From: Fistulifera solaris
Lineage: Eukaryota
Direction: 5' to 3'
NCBI GenBank assembly: GCA_030295235.1
Contig: AP026150.1
Location: 186,001-250,000, forward strand
DNA: 64,000 bases
Every line of letters starts with the position of its first letter. Position 1 is the first letter of the stretch. The position numbers and the translations under genes were made by a program. Under the pieces are notes generated by a model. It searched no databases. It was not told the origin of the DNA and saw nothing but the letters and a program-made list of their open reading frames with translations. Below are positions 27,314-39,275 of this stretch, in pieces.

Positions 27314-27943
27314 CTAGACGAACCGGGAGACGACTTCGGCTAGTATCCCTCCGGCCAGAAATGCATAAAACCAAAAGGCAATCTGACCAGTCACAAAGGA
27401 AAGATCGGCATTACCTACTTGGGTGGAAGGTATCAATGTACTTTCATTGTTTTCCGAATTTCGGATTAATTTGGTATTTGTTCCGTCTAATTTGGGACAG
27501 TTGGTGCGTTCGGACACCAACAGTAAATGCGTACCGAATTCCGTATGAATCGGACCTTCCACAACACCCAGACGCACTTCAAAGCAGGCTTTATCCAACT
27601 GAGCCGATCGGCAATAACCTTGTGGTACCAATTCACCAATTAAACCGCCCCGAACATTGGTCGTCTCGTCGCGACTGTAACGTTGTGCGGCTTCCTCAAA
27701 GGCATCGACGATGTATTGATCACTGTTGCGGATCTTCTGTTTGAGAATGAGACAAAGTTCGTCACTGTTGGGTGGCAACAGAATATGACGTGCCGTCACA
27801 CGACGTGTGAGTGCCAAGTAATCGCGTTGAATACGTTGCAGGGGTTCCCAAAGGGAGAGAGCCGTTGTGCTGACTGGTAACGACGAAAAGAGTGCGAGAA
27901 GCAACGTCCACGACAACAAAAGGACAAGCTGCGGTTGCCTCAT
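27314..27943 (-). CDS. Parvulin/PpiC-type peptidyl-prolyl isomerase with signal peptide and C-terminal TM helix
   Basis: VTARHILL, FEEAAQRYS, RGGLIG, GPIHTEFGTHLLLV. Confidence 0.88.
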   Translation of the reverse strand: MRQPQLVLLLSWTLLLALFSSLPVSTTALSLWEPLQRIQRDYLALTRRVTARHILLPPNSDELCLILKQKIRNSDQYIVDAFEEAAQRYSRDETTNVRGGLIGELVPQGYCRSAQLDKACFEVRLGVVEGPIHTEFGTHLLLVSERTNCPKLDGTNTKLIRNSENNESTLIPSTQVGNADLSFVTGQIAFWFYAFLAGGILAEVVSRFV

Positions 27944-28283
27944 GACAAGAAATAAAGACGTTGTTTCTCCAAGAATCAAAGGTGGTAACAAGCAGGCACA
28001 ATAACAAATGCCTCGCGATATAAATGCGTTTATAATGTTTGATGTGTTTGTTGCGATATGTACAGTATTGGTTTCGTTGAGTGTTCGCACGGTAGAGTTA
28101 GAGGTAAATCATCTCAACGACAAATAATAATGGAGTCTAAAATTATTACTAGTTCCAAGTACTCGTGGGATGATCAAAACATTTAATGCAATGTCGAGGA
28201 TCAAGCCAACTAGATCTAACTTACATCGTGGCATGGCTTCCAACGCAAACACAAGCATTTTGTGAAGAAATTCTGTAGCTGCC

Positions 28284-29060
28284 TTAGTAGAAAAGACTGC
28301 TCAGCAACGTCAACGCGAACATTCCCATGCCCACAGATGCAACCCCAGAGCCTTCCGAGGATCCATCCGTACAATTTGGGGGAACAAAAGATCCGTAGTC
28401 CACTCGACTGACACTTTCACACGAATCGACCGACAAATCTTGAATTTGTTGCCAAAGCGGCTGGCACACTTCGAGGGATGTGTCGTTGGTTGTACTACAA
28501 AGTGCTTCCCGAGCCGCCGCTTGTTCTTGAATGAGTGATGCCTTTTGTGCCACATGCAATTGCGAACAGACGCGACCGAGTTCTTCGGGATTCAAGACAA
28601 AGAATATACCAAATTCATTCCAGCACAGATCATCCGATACCGAGCAATTTACAATCTGTCCCTGCGTACCGGGGACCGTCGGATTCAATTCCAAAGTTTC
28701 GTTATGAAAGAAATCAGGGTACATAATCCGGACCGATTGTGCTGCCGAGCTATTGTCGCTGCGTACAAATAAGGTGAGCAATGTATTGGAAGCGTTGTTC
28801 TCATTGGCATAAGGACAAATCCCCCACATGCGATCTTTGGGAACAGCCGCTTGTGAAATGTTGAGAGCTTGTAAGCAGGTTTCATTGGCTCGATACCATG
28901 CTTGTAAAGTGGACTTTTCTTCGTAAACACTGTAGACAGAGCAGTCTTCGTCTTCACGTAGCGGCGCCGTGTTGAAGAGACAGGCCTCACATTTTGGCTC
29001 GGCATCGGTTCTGGCTGTCCATAGAAAAACGAAAAAAAGGATCTTTACGTATGACTTCAT
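28284..29060 (-). CDS. Secreted Cys-rich glycoprotein, probably GPI-anchored, unknown function
   Basis: Signal peptide, about 12 Cys, several NxS/T sequons, SSEGSG followed by a hydrophobic C-terminal tail. Confidence 0.7.
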   Translation of the reverse strand: MKSYVKILFFVFLWTARTDAEPKCEACLFNTAPLREDEDCSVYSVYEEKSTLQAWYRANETCLQALNISQAAVPKDRMWGICPYANENNASNTLLTLFVRSDNSSAAQSVRIMYPDFFHNETLELNPTVPGTQGQIVNCSVSDDLCWNEFGIFFVLNPEELGRVCSQLHVAQKASLIQEQAAAREALCSTTNDTSLEVCQPLWQQIQDLSVDSCESVSRVDYGSFVPPNCTDGSSEGSGVASVGMGMFALTLLSSLFY

Positions 29061-29527
29061 AACACGGAACGAGTTTTGGATATGAAGGTTATCTTCGCTT
29101 GTTCAAAAGTTGTTGATCTTTCATTAACTTCTGTCAACATTCAACATCGATAAAATGAAGAAAATGTCTTGGCTTTCCATTTTTTCAATAATCGACGAGC
29201 CGGTTTTCAGTACACCTTGAAGCATTCACTATCAGGGATAAAGTACTTATGTCCCTCTGCAATGTCCCGAAAAAAGATATAACCGGTACTGATTTGTAAT
29301 TATGAAACAATATTAGGACGTCCGGCACCGAAGCAGAGCCAGTATCCTTATAGTGCCGCGCAACCCCACGACTTCTTCATTTCCATTCAGCCCGAAACCG
29401 ACGAAACGTATTTAGCTTATTGTTATTGCTTCATTGGAATCAACAAAATCAAAGCAATTCATTACGATTCTTCCATACTCGTCATCTTTATTCGTTCCAA
29501 AGCCTTGATCGACGAATCCCTCACAAC

Positions 29528-30058
29528 ATGACTAGCTCCCCACCAATTCACACGGCGCCTACCGATTTCGGATTCGATTCCAATGACACCAACCCGAGCA
29601 CATTCCGTTTCAGCAAGGCGGAAGTCGAAGACCTCCGCTTTTCGTTTCGCTTGTTGGATGTCTCGAAAGCAGGAAAAGTCGCTCGGACTGATTTAATCAG
29701 CCTACTTTCGGAGCTATCCTTGGCGGGGGAGCAGCCATCCAGTAACGTGCATCGCCTTTTGAACGCCGCCCAAGCATCGACGGCCGAGTCCTTGACAGAG
29801 GAGGATTTCATCGATTTGGTCTTTTCGGCCTCTTCCAAGGACGAGCGCTCGGAAATTGAAAAAGTTTTTGACATGTTTAGTAACGGTAAGGAATACATTA
29901 CGTTGGAAGACCTGGCCAGAGTCGCCGACGACTTGGGGGAAATCATGAGTGAAGAGGAACTGCGCGAAATGTTGACGCGTGCGGCGCCCGACAACAACAA
30001 TGGGAAAGTGACATTACAAGAGTTTACCGAAGTGATGAATCGAAAGCTGTTTCGGTAA
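29528..30058 (+). CDS. Centrin/calmodulin-like EF-hand protein
   Basis: YITLEDLARVADDLGEIMSEEELREML and DNNNGKVTLQEF; N-terminal EF hands are degenerate. Confidence 0.85.
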   Translation: MTSSPPIHTAPTDFGFDSNDTNPSTFRFSKAEVEDLRFSFRLLDVSKAGKVARTDLISLLSELSLAGEQPSSNVHRLLNAAQASTAESLTEEDFIDLVFSASSKDERSEIEKVFDMFSNGKEYITLEDLARVADDLGEIMSEEELREMLTRAAPDNNNGKVTLQEFTEVMNRKLFR

Positions 30059-30203
30059 AAGGGTCAAGGTTGTGAAATATCAAAAAAAAAACAGTAGCAT
30101 AGTGTTCCTCAATAATCATTGCAATGAATCCCGTGGAATTCATACAAAAACAAATAAAACAAGTATGCAATCTAGGCTCGTTTCACTATTATGCGGCATG
30201 ACC

Positions 30204-30976
30204 TTAATAACGTTCCAAGAGTTGTTGCACGACATCACGGGGCGCATAAACAAACATGGTCGCCGGGTACACTGCCGATCCCCATAAAGGATGCTCTAAA
30301 ATCTTGCAAAACCCGGCACTGTACGATCGGTAACCCAAACAACATTCCATACCATCCACTTCCGAGTAAACCTTGTTGCAATTCAAAGTGAGCATCGGCA
30401 GGCCACTGCAGGGATCAATAAAGTCTGTAGAAAAGGAAGAAAAATAAGTGTTTTTCTATATGCACACGAACTCACACACCATTAGACACATACACATAAT
30501 ACACACGCACCTGCCCAATAACCAGCCTGTTGAAGTTTGCGACAGAAATCGTTGGCAAATTCCATAAAGACATTCAGACACCGATCCTTTTCTTGTTCAA
30601 TCTTGTCACCAATGGCGACTAAATCTTCTACGGCATGTTGGTTGGTCGGAATGGCAAGAAATTCACACGTTTCATCCGCAGGTAATGTTAAATTTTCTTC
30701 CGGAAACACGTGATGAAATTCACGGAGGAGTGGCTATAAAGAAGAAGAGAGAAAAAGTTCAGATGAACCGACAGGAAGAATCCAGCAAAAGTGCGTACAC
30801 TCGTACTCCATTGACATCTCTCTCGCGCTCACTGCAAGCATAGAGCGACTTACTTTGGGCAACGTGTGCATCGATACTTCCAGTGGACTGGTCGACGGAT
30901 TTAATTGGAGTGAATACGGTCCCCACAGTGTGGACGACGTTTGTCCGTATTCGGCGCGCGTCTTGCCAGTACTCAT
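30204..30976 (-). CDS. MMADHC: Cobalamin trafficking protein CblD/MMADHC-like
   Basis: Introns 30734-30853 and 30425-30510 give EQEKDRCLNVF...LQQAGYWADFIDPCSGLP...GFCKILEHPLWGSAVY. Confidence 0.9.
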
Positions 30977-31436
30977 CGTGAAAAACAAGAAATAAACGGT
31001 TTCAATGAAAAGAAGTAATAACAAAGGAAACAAATAATGGACGTCAGGTTGCTGTATTGTCAATAGACACCTCCGTCTATTTCTGATCGCTTCATATTTC
31101 GCATCTCACTTTTTTTTCTTCGTCGTCGTCGGCAGTCTCGAATGCAGTCTTGGAAGATCGGGACTCTCCTCTCATCGCTGAGACGCGCTCCGATACCTCT
31201 CTAGCCATCGCAACGGTAATAGTTGCCCTCTTGGTGTCAAAGAACGACCATGAAAAACGAAAAAAAAAAGAGTTCTGATACTGATGATCACTTTTCATGA
31301 CATCCTATTGACAAGAAAAAGAACACTTTTTGTGTTCTGCGAAAGCCATTTTCTTGTTGAACTACTTATTGCATCGATTGGATTTCGACTTGGAGTCGTT
31401 TGACGCTATAAAATAAGACAATAACTACAGAATACT

Positions 31437-32729
31437 ATGCTGCAAGGAAGTCACCAAAGAATGCTTCGTAGCGCCCACCATCGCATTACGCGATGTATGA
31501 CCACCGATGTAGCTCGAAATGCCTTTCAGTCGAAAGCACCGTATCTTTGGGATGATCCTTTCTTATTTCGTTCTCAATTGACGGAAGAAGAATGCACCGT
31601 ATGGGATGCCGCACGTGAATTTTGTCAAGGGCACTTGATGCCGAACATTGTGCAAGCGAATCGTCACGAAATTACGCTAGATCATCGATTAATGCAAGAC
31701 ATGGGACATGTGGGTTTGTTGGGTGCTACGTTGCCTCCCTGTCTATGGGGGATCTGGATTGGGATACGTCAGTTACGGATTACTGGCGACTGAAGTCGAA
31801 CGCGTCGATTCGTCCTATCGTTCCGCCATGTCGGTCCAATCGTCTCTCGTGATGTATCCCATTTATGCATACGGAAGTGAAACACTGCGTCTTAAGTATT
31901 TACCGAAATTGGCGACCGGTGAATTCATTGGTTGCTTTGGTTTGACGGAACCGAATCATGGATCGGATCCGGGGAATATGGAAACGCGTGCCGTCTGCGA
32001 TGGTGATACCTATGTTTTGAATGGCAGCAAAACTGGATCACCAATTCACCCATTGCGGATGTCTTTGTCATTTGGGCACGTCTAGTCGATGTCGACGGTC
32101 AACCAGGAGACATTCGTGGGTTTGTGGTCGAAAAAGAGACACCGGGTCTTACGGCTCCCAAAATCGAAGGCAAATTTAGTTTACGAGCTTCTTGCACCGG
32201 AATGATTTTTATGGAGGATGTTCATGTAGCCGCTGAAAACATGTTGCAAGTGAAAGGACTGAAAGGTCCGTTTAGTTGCTTGAATCATGCGCGGTACGGA
32301 ATTGCGTGGGGTGTTCTCGGTGCTGCCGAATTTTGTATGCATCAAGCACGACAATATACACTGGATCGAAAACAGTTTGGTGCTCCATTGGCGGCTACAC
32401 AATTCGTTCAAAGGAAGTTGGCCGATATGTCGACCGACATTACGTTGGGACGACAAGCGTGTCTGCGAGTAGGACGGCTGATGGACGAAGGGCAAGCCAA
32501 ACCCGAGATGGTGTCCATGATCAAGCGCAACAATTGCGGGAAAGCACTCGATATGGTGCGGACGGCTCGTGATATGTTGGGTGGAAACGGCATTTCGGAT
32601 GAATATCATATTATACGCCACATGATGAATTTGGAAGCCGTTAACACGTACGAAGGGACGCATGATGTTCACGCGCTCATACTAGGGCGTGCCATTACGG
32701 GGATACCCGCCTTTGTGCCTTGCTCATAA
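31437..32729 (+). CDS. GCDH: Mitochondrial glutaryl-CoA dehydrogenase
   Basis: [60 protein letters not shown]; indels near 31738 and 32030. Confidence 0.95.
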
Positions 32730-32846
32730 GTATTTGGTAAAACGTTACTTGAAAAAGCATACACTTGTAAAATAGATTACAAGTTGCGATCCTTGCTTCC
32801 TAGCCAACCCCATCTATCCACAAGTCGCACTCGTTTCACAGTGCGG

Positions 32847-34497
32847 TTAGCTGTTCGAATGAGGAACCCCATCGGTGGATTCCATCGTCAAGATTGTTTC
32901 ATCTGAGGCAGGGTACTCTGAAAAGCTATGTAGGTTGGCAGAGTGGATGAACTCACACAAAGAGTCGGTATCGTTGGCCATCAAGAGAGCAGAGCGATGA
33001 TAATCTCCAGAAGCAATTTCTGTCAGAGCCATCCCTACCAGTGTCGTTCGATAAGCTTGCGATGAACTTTTGAGCGATTCCAACCCAGTGTAAAAGCGAT
33101 TGAAAGAATGGATTTCATCAATCTCCCGCTGATGCATAAGGAATGTCATCCATTCGCCTCGTAATTCGATACGCCGATTGCGAGATAGCAAGTGTATCAG
33201 CCACGGTCGGTCAGATTTGTTTATGCTGTTTAAAAATATTTCGACTTTTATGGTGCGCAGTCCTTTGTGGTTGTAGAACAAATCCAGAAAATCTTCCAAA
33301 TGATCTTTCTGTAGGAATGCGTATATATCAAGATTCAAGGACTCTAGATTTTGGTTGGTTGTTATTGTCTTGACAAGCGCTCTCAAGATACTTTTCTTTA
33401 AATCAGACTCATGATCAACAAAAGCACGAATATTGAGAGTATTGACAATCAAATCTTCAGATTCGCGAATATTGAATTTCAAACCAAGATGCTTCAAATG
33501 GCCGAGGTTCTCCAGGCGCGCAAACAAGGCAATAATAACGTCTATCCCTTCCCACCAGTGGTGGCCCATTATCGTCACGTTTAGATCTTGCGCCACGATG
33601 TCGAGAGTAAAAATGTCTTCAGCCAGCACCGTGTCGAAATCAATTGTGTAATCAAGTGCCCTCACCGGAGCCGAGAGTGGTAGTAGCGCCATGGGATGGT
33701 CCCAACGATGAAGGGTCAGTTTGTCAAAAATCTTTAGCTGAACAAGTCGCTCAACATTAACGTCGCTCATGGGAATATGATTCAAAAAATGTAACAAACC
33801 AAAATGGGATTTGCGGGTCTGAAGTGCGTCGACAAAGGCATCACCTTCATCAACTAGAAGGTTTCTGGATCCATAACTCAATACAAAACTCAAGTCGATC
33901 GGATGATTTCTTGTGGCTAGAAATACGGATTGCGTAGAATTCAGCGTCAAACCTTTGAGTCGCAAACGTCGTCCCGGGTTATTCGCAAAAGTGCAGCGAG
34001 ATGCTTCGTTTTGACGGCGCCGAAGTCGAACGTTGCCGACTGACTTATTTCAATGCATGAATTGTATTCCTCTGGGCAGTATAGACCCCACCAATACATT
34101 GCCGTATCTGCAATAGCGTCATCTCTTTGCCTGAAATAACAATTCTCGTATATCTTTTAGGGTTGACGAAAACGCACAGCAAGTTCAAACTTTTTTTGAT
34201 GTGTTGATAATCAGGGTAAAACTCGCCTTGAGAAACGTAAACAAGGGTTTCATTGTCCATCCAAATGGCTGTCCTTGGTCCATTCAGGTGCAATTCGAGT
34301 TCGCAAATAGTTTCCAGTTCTCGACGCAGCTTATAGGTAGAGGTTATGTCACCGCTCAGCCAGTGAGCGACTTGTTTACGGGCGCGCCTTTCATCTGGAA
34401 TCATCTCCAACCAACTACAAGTATCATCCTCATCTGAGGTACGAGAAGTCGTTGTAACTTTTCCTCCCCACCAATTGACAATAGAGAGAAAGTTCAT
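32847..34497 (-). CDS. Lineage-specific family member 1 (about 500 aa, weakly RNI/LRR-like); frameshifted
   Basis: Collinear with member 2 (YKLRRE, AIWMDNETL, FLATRNHPIDL, LLSRNRRIE, FNRFYxG); indels near 34125 and 33990; start uncertain. Confidence 0.7.
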
Positions 34498-35281
34498 GGG
34501 GCGAAGGGGCAACTTTAGAGGGCAGATACGATACTAATTAACGCCATGACTGAGGTCTCTATTTTTGTGTAAAAATGAAATAATGAGAACGTTTGCCATC
34601 GTCGCCGCGACGCAAAATAAAAAAAAAGAACCGCGATGATGTTTTGAAAAGATCGATTGCCGGTCGTGAATGAAATCTACGACGATTCACGATTGGTCGG
34701 ATTGCCCTTGTAAGTTAGAGGAAAGGTGGAATGATCGAGTGATTAGAAAGGTTAACACCAATAATAGCTCGTCCGAGTTAACAAGCTAGACATTGCAAAG
34801 ACTGTTAATCAGATAAGTCAAAAGTCGGCTCTCGTCCTCCCTACCATGGACTCACTGATGACTGAACTGAATGCGTTTGCAGGAGTGTGTTAAAGCGCGT
34901 GCGCCTTTCAAAAGTTGCATCACGAAACCAGTTTTTCATATCCCGAATCACATGCATTGATGGTTCGAAAAGCCCAAATGACTTATCGTGAGCTTGTAGC
35001 TAATATGGACAAAATACCATTGTGAATTGAACGGCTGCGTCAGATTGCTTTGATGAGTGATGCGCACAAATAGCAGATCAGTCTACAACATCCTTCTTTG
35101 TTTTGTATGATAAGAACTATCGAAAGATTCAGAAGCTGACTTTCTTCTGTGTACGTCGGCTCTTGAAAAATCACTTGTATTTCAAATGGTGTTTGGAGAC
35201 ATCCGCACAACCGGTCAGTACAGTTTGGTTTGGTTTACTTTGCTTGAATTCCTAGTCTCTGCTATGGTAGCCCAAGAGAAG

Positions 35282-36831
35282 CTAATCCGTCCTACTACGT
35301 TTCGGTCGTGAGATCCGGCCAGTGGAATCATACGCCATGCTGCTTTCTTGATGAACAGACAGGTCGGAAGCAGCAAGACTATCCAAGTTGGCTGACTGAA
35401 TCCACTCATACAAGGAGTCTGTGTAGCTGGACAGCAACAAAGCGGTGCGCTTAAAATCTCCACATGCGCTATTGCTAAAGGTTGTTCCTATCAGCTTAAT
35501 GCGAAAAGAAGGCGGTGACTCCTTCAGAGATTCGGACCCAGCGTAAAAACGATTGAAGGTGTACAGCTCATTATGGTCATCCCGATTCATCACTGACTCC
35601 ATCCACTCACCACGTATCTCGATACGTCGATTGCGTGAAAGCAGATGCTTCAACCATGAACAATCAGAGTTGTCTGAGTGTACCTCAATTGTTATTGTAC
35701 GCAACCCGTGATGGTCATCCAACGAATAAAGCAATTTCGTCAAATGATTTTGCTGAAAGATATAATACATCTCAAGATCCAAGGATACAAGCTCTTTGTT
35801 TGCTGCTATTGCTCCAACAAGCTCTTTCAAGATTATTTTCGAATGTTTTGGCTCAACAGCAGAATGCCCTCTACCCTCAAACTTAACGCCAAGGTGACGG
35901 AAATGTCCAATACTAGCTACCCGGCGAAGTAAAGAAGCAGTTACATCCACTCCATCGTTCCATGCATCAACCCATACCGTAGCAATTAGCTCCTCTGCCA
36001 CAATGTCGATGGTCTGAAAGTCTTCCGGTCGCACTTTGCTGGAGTCGAAGCTGTACTTAAGTACCTTCACCGGAGCCGAGAATGGGAGAAGCACCATGTC
36101 ACTATCCCAAAGAGGAAGGGTTAGTTTCTCAAAAATTGCTAATCGCGACAGTTGCTCAACGTTTTCATCACTCAACGGAAGGTCATCCAAAAACGCAGCG
36201 AACCAAAATGGGTCCCCCGAACTTGAAGTGCTTGGACGAGGGCATTACCTCCATCTTCCAGAACGTTCAAAAACTCAAACGTCAAATCAATTGGGTGGTT
36301 TCGAGTGGCTAGAAAAGCCAACTGAGCCGAATTCACATGAACGCCATTCAACTCTAAGCGTCGGTTCTGATTGTTCTCAAAAATTGTAACAAAGTGCCTT
36401 GTCTTAACGGAAGCAAAATCAAACGTATTGCTTTGGTTTTCAATATGAAGACGAGGGGAGCATTCTTCTGGGCAATGCAAACCCCACCAATACATTGCCG
36501 TCTCCGCAATAGCCTCATCGTTTTTGCCGGAAATAACAACTCTTAAATTCCGTCTGGGATTATACAAAACGAACAGCAAGCGCAAGTTTGTTTCGATATA
36601 GTCATAGTTAGGGTAATTGTCGCGAGAAACATGTACAAGAGTCTCATTGTCCATCCAAACAGCAGTCCTTGGTCCATACAGCTCGAGTTCGTAAAGGTTT
36701 CTCGGTTCTCGACGCAGCCTGTAAGTTGGAGTTTGGTGACCGCCACGCCAGTGAGCTACTTGTTCAGGAGTGCGTAACCCATCTGGAATTACCTCAAATA
36801 GGATTTCATCTTCTGGGATCTGAGACGACAT
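35282..36831 (-). CDS. Lineage-specific family member 2
   Basis: ORFs 36172-36831 and 35282-36190 join through one indel in A-run 36189-36193; GKNDEAIAETA motif; basic C-terminus RPKRSR. Confidence 0.8.
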
Positions 36832-37119
36832 CTTTATTTTCTTTTCACCGACAGATTTGTTGCTTCATCATTCATCATGCAACAAAGAATAAAATGCCAA
36901 AAACCGAGTGAATGGAGAAAGTCAATGTATCGGTACTCGCTATTAAGGTTAGTGGTTTAGATTCTCTATGGTGACGATGACGAGCTCCAATGCGCTCATC
37001 AATCATCAAGCACCTTCAATTTTCATAAACTTGTCTTACAGAAGTGACTATAAAGCTACGCTTCAGTGTAACGGTTTCTCTAAGTCTGTACTACGTCGAG
37101 AATGTAGGGAAACAGTGTC

Positions 37120-38229
37120 TTAGTCTCGAATTCTCGGCCACAGCGCTGGTTCCATTTTCTCCACGGAAATGATAACCTTCACCGGTGTAGCACTTTTATC
37201 AATGGTCCAGGTGCCCGAATCTACATCGATGTTTTCGAAAAGTTTGAGTAAAATGAGAGGTTCTTGACGAAAGCGCACTTCTAGAGCCTGTGGACGAAAC
37301 TTGATCTGCAAATCTTTGCCGCTTCCGTCCGCCGGTATGGGAACTGTTATTTCCAGCTCTTCTTCCGTCTGCGTCCAAGAAAATCCCTCTTCTAATTTCG
37401 ACTTTCCATCACTGCCGGCTACCGATGGTTGCGTTGCATCCGTTCGACCGGTTATGCGATTCATTTCCATTTGATGTTCTAGATTTTCCGTGACTGCTGT
37501 TTTCAACCACGGTGCATCGTACGCGGTATCGATACCTTTTACAAAAGACTGGTTGGTAATTCGACCTCCCACTTTTTGAATGCGACCCAAGTATACATCG
37601 CCATAGAATTGGGGAGGCGGATTGAATCCAGCGAGTTCCGCGTATTTGCTCGCCCGGGTATTGAGACGCAATCGTTTCAACATTCCTACTTCGTCCAAAT
37701 AGATATTGATACCGGTAAATTGATTCGAAGAACTCGGATAAACAAGAGGGAAAATTTCCACACTAGCTTGTGCGGCTACTTTTTGCAGTGATTCATGCGA
37801 CACAGAGGCCGGCGCATCGGTCGATCCCAACAAAGCATTCTGCTCCTGCAATAAGGAGACATCCACGTCGGACTGTTTGTTCGAAAAAGCCGAAATCAAA
37901 TGTTCGGTCAAAGATCACCTCCTCCGGTGGGTCCCCGTCGAACGGTGAGTTCTTTCATTGGCCGTGTCGTATCGGCGGGCACCAAAACGTACGAGATTTC
38001 TTCACCAGCTTCCAAACCCTCGGCTTCTTGCAATGCACTCTTCACACGCCCCGTCATTCGTTCTTCGGCTGTGGAAATATGGACTCCCTATTATAGAAAA
38101 ATATATAGAGAGTGAGCAAAAGGCAGGAAAAGGGATGACGACTCCAAGTTGTGCGTTTCTTACTCGTTCTCGCAGCCAGGTCAATCGCTCATCGGGCGTC
38201 ATTTCCGCTTCCTCTTTCGTTTCTGACAT
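37120..38229 (-). CDS. CS (p23/NudC-like) domain protein
   Basis: C-terminal FSWTQTEEELEITVPI...SGTWTID...VEKMEPALWPR; intron 38088-38163; indel near 37911. Confidence 0.8.
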
Positions 38230-39275
38230 TCTGCGCTTCTTGTTGTCGTTTACTTTGCAATGCAAGATGAAAACTAGTAGTAATATAATGTGAATGAAGT
38301 AAAACAAAAAATTGCCGCACTTTTTTTCGATCCTTTTCGGAGCAACTCGATCTCATTTTTTGCTGTCGTATCGCGTCTCGTCTGTCGCACAGCCACAAAA
38401 CACTCAACACTATATTTCTTATGTGTAGATGTACAAAAAGTCTGTGGACACCAAGAAACGCTTTCCAGAACGAAGTACGTGTCAAGTTCTGTCTTAATCT
38501 TTCGCTTTCGGAACCTCCATCATTTTTTTGTGATCGACTTGCGTTTCATAATATTATCCATCCCTTGCCTCTGCAACCGACTACTAGAGTATGCTCTGCC
38601 GTTCTCATGGTTGGCTTCTGTGTTGAAAGAAGAAGTGACCCAAAGAGCGCTCGCTTGGGCGGAAAGAGATATTCATCGTCCTGGTTACTTTTTCCGGAGG
38701 ACTTTTTCGTGGACTCACGACATTCGAAGGGGGATGTCCCTTGGGTTGCTAGCAATGAGCAAAGACAGTCCAAAAGCTCACTCCTGTCTGACTTGGAAGC
38801 CAAAAAATAAGAGCAAACGCTTAACCGAGCAGACACTCAATTTCTTGTGGGGTCTTTGTTCGCCGTTCCCCAATTCATCTTGTTGGGATCCTATGCAGCA
38901 AACGTTCGAAGAATTTCATCACATTTTAACAGAAGAGACAGATCAAAATTCCTGCGCATCGAGTCGAGGTATATCGACCAAGTTTACGCATTCTTCCTTT
39001 CACAGGCCAGCCGCTACTGGTAGAACGCATCCTCGCACAGGCATTCCGGCGTCGATATATATTAAAGGGACCATGGATGTGACAAGTTGAGTAAAAGGAA
39101 CGGATTGTAGGTGCAAGTAAAAGTCTTTCGCGATTAGCGTGAAAGAACTGTAAAAAGAATGCTACTTAAATCACGCGTTTGAATGTTACCATGTTTCCAG
39201 CAACTTCCTAATCATCTATCGTAATTTTATGTACATTTCTAAAAGAACACTCACGACGTCGAAAGCTTCAACAAT

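Noticed and set aside
38290..39090. 266-aa plus-strand ORF
   Set aside because: It has a GTG start, UTR-like composition at the 5' end and no recognisable motif. A frameshifted or spliced small gene in 38600-39090 cannot be excluded.
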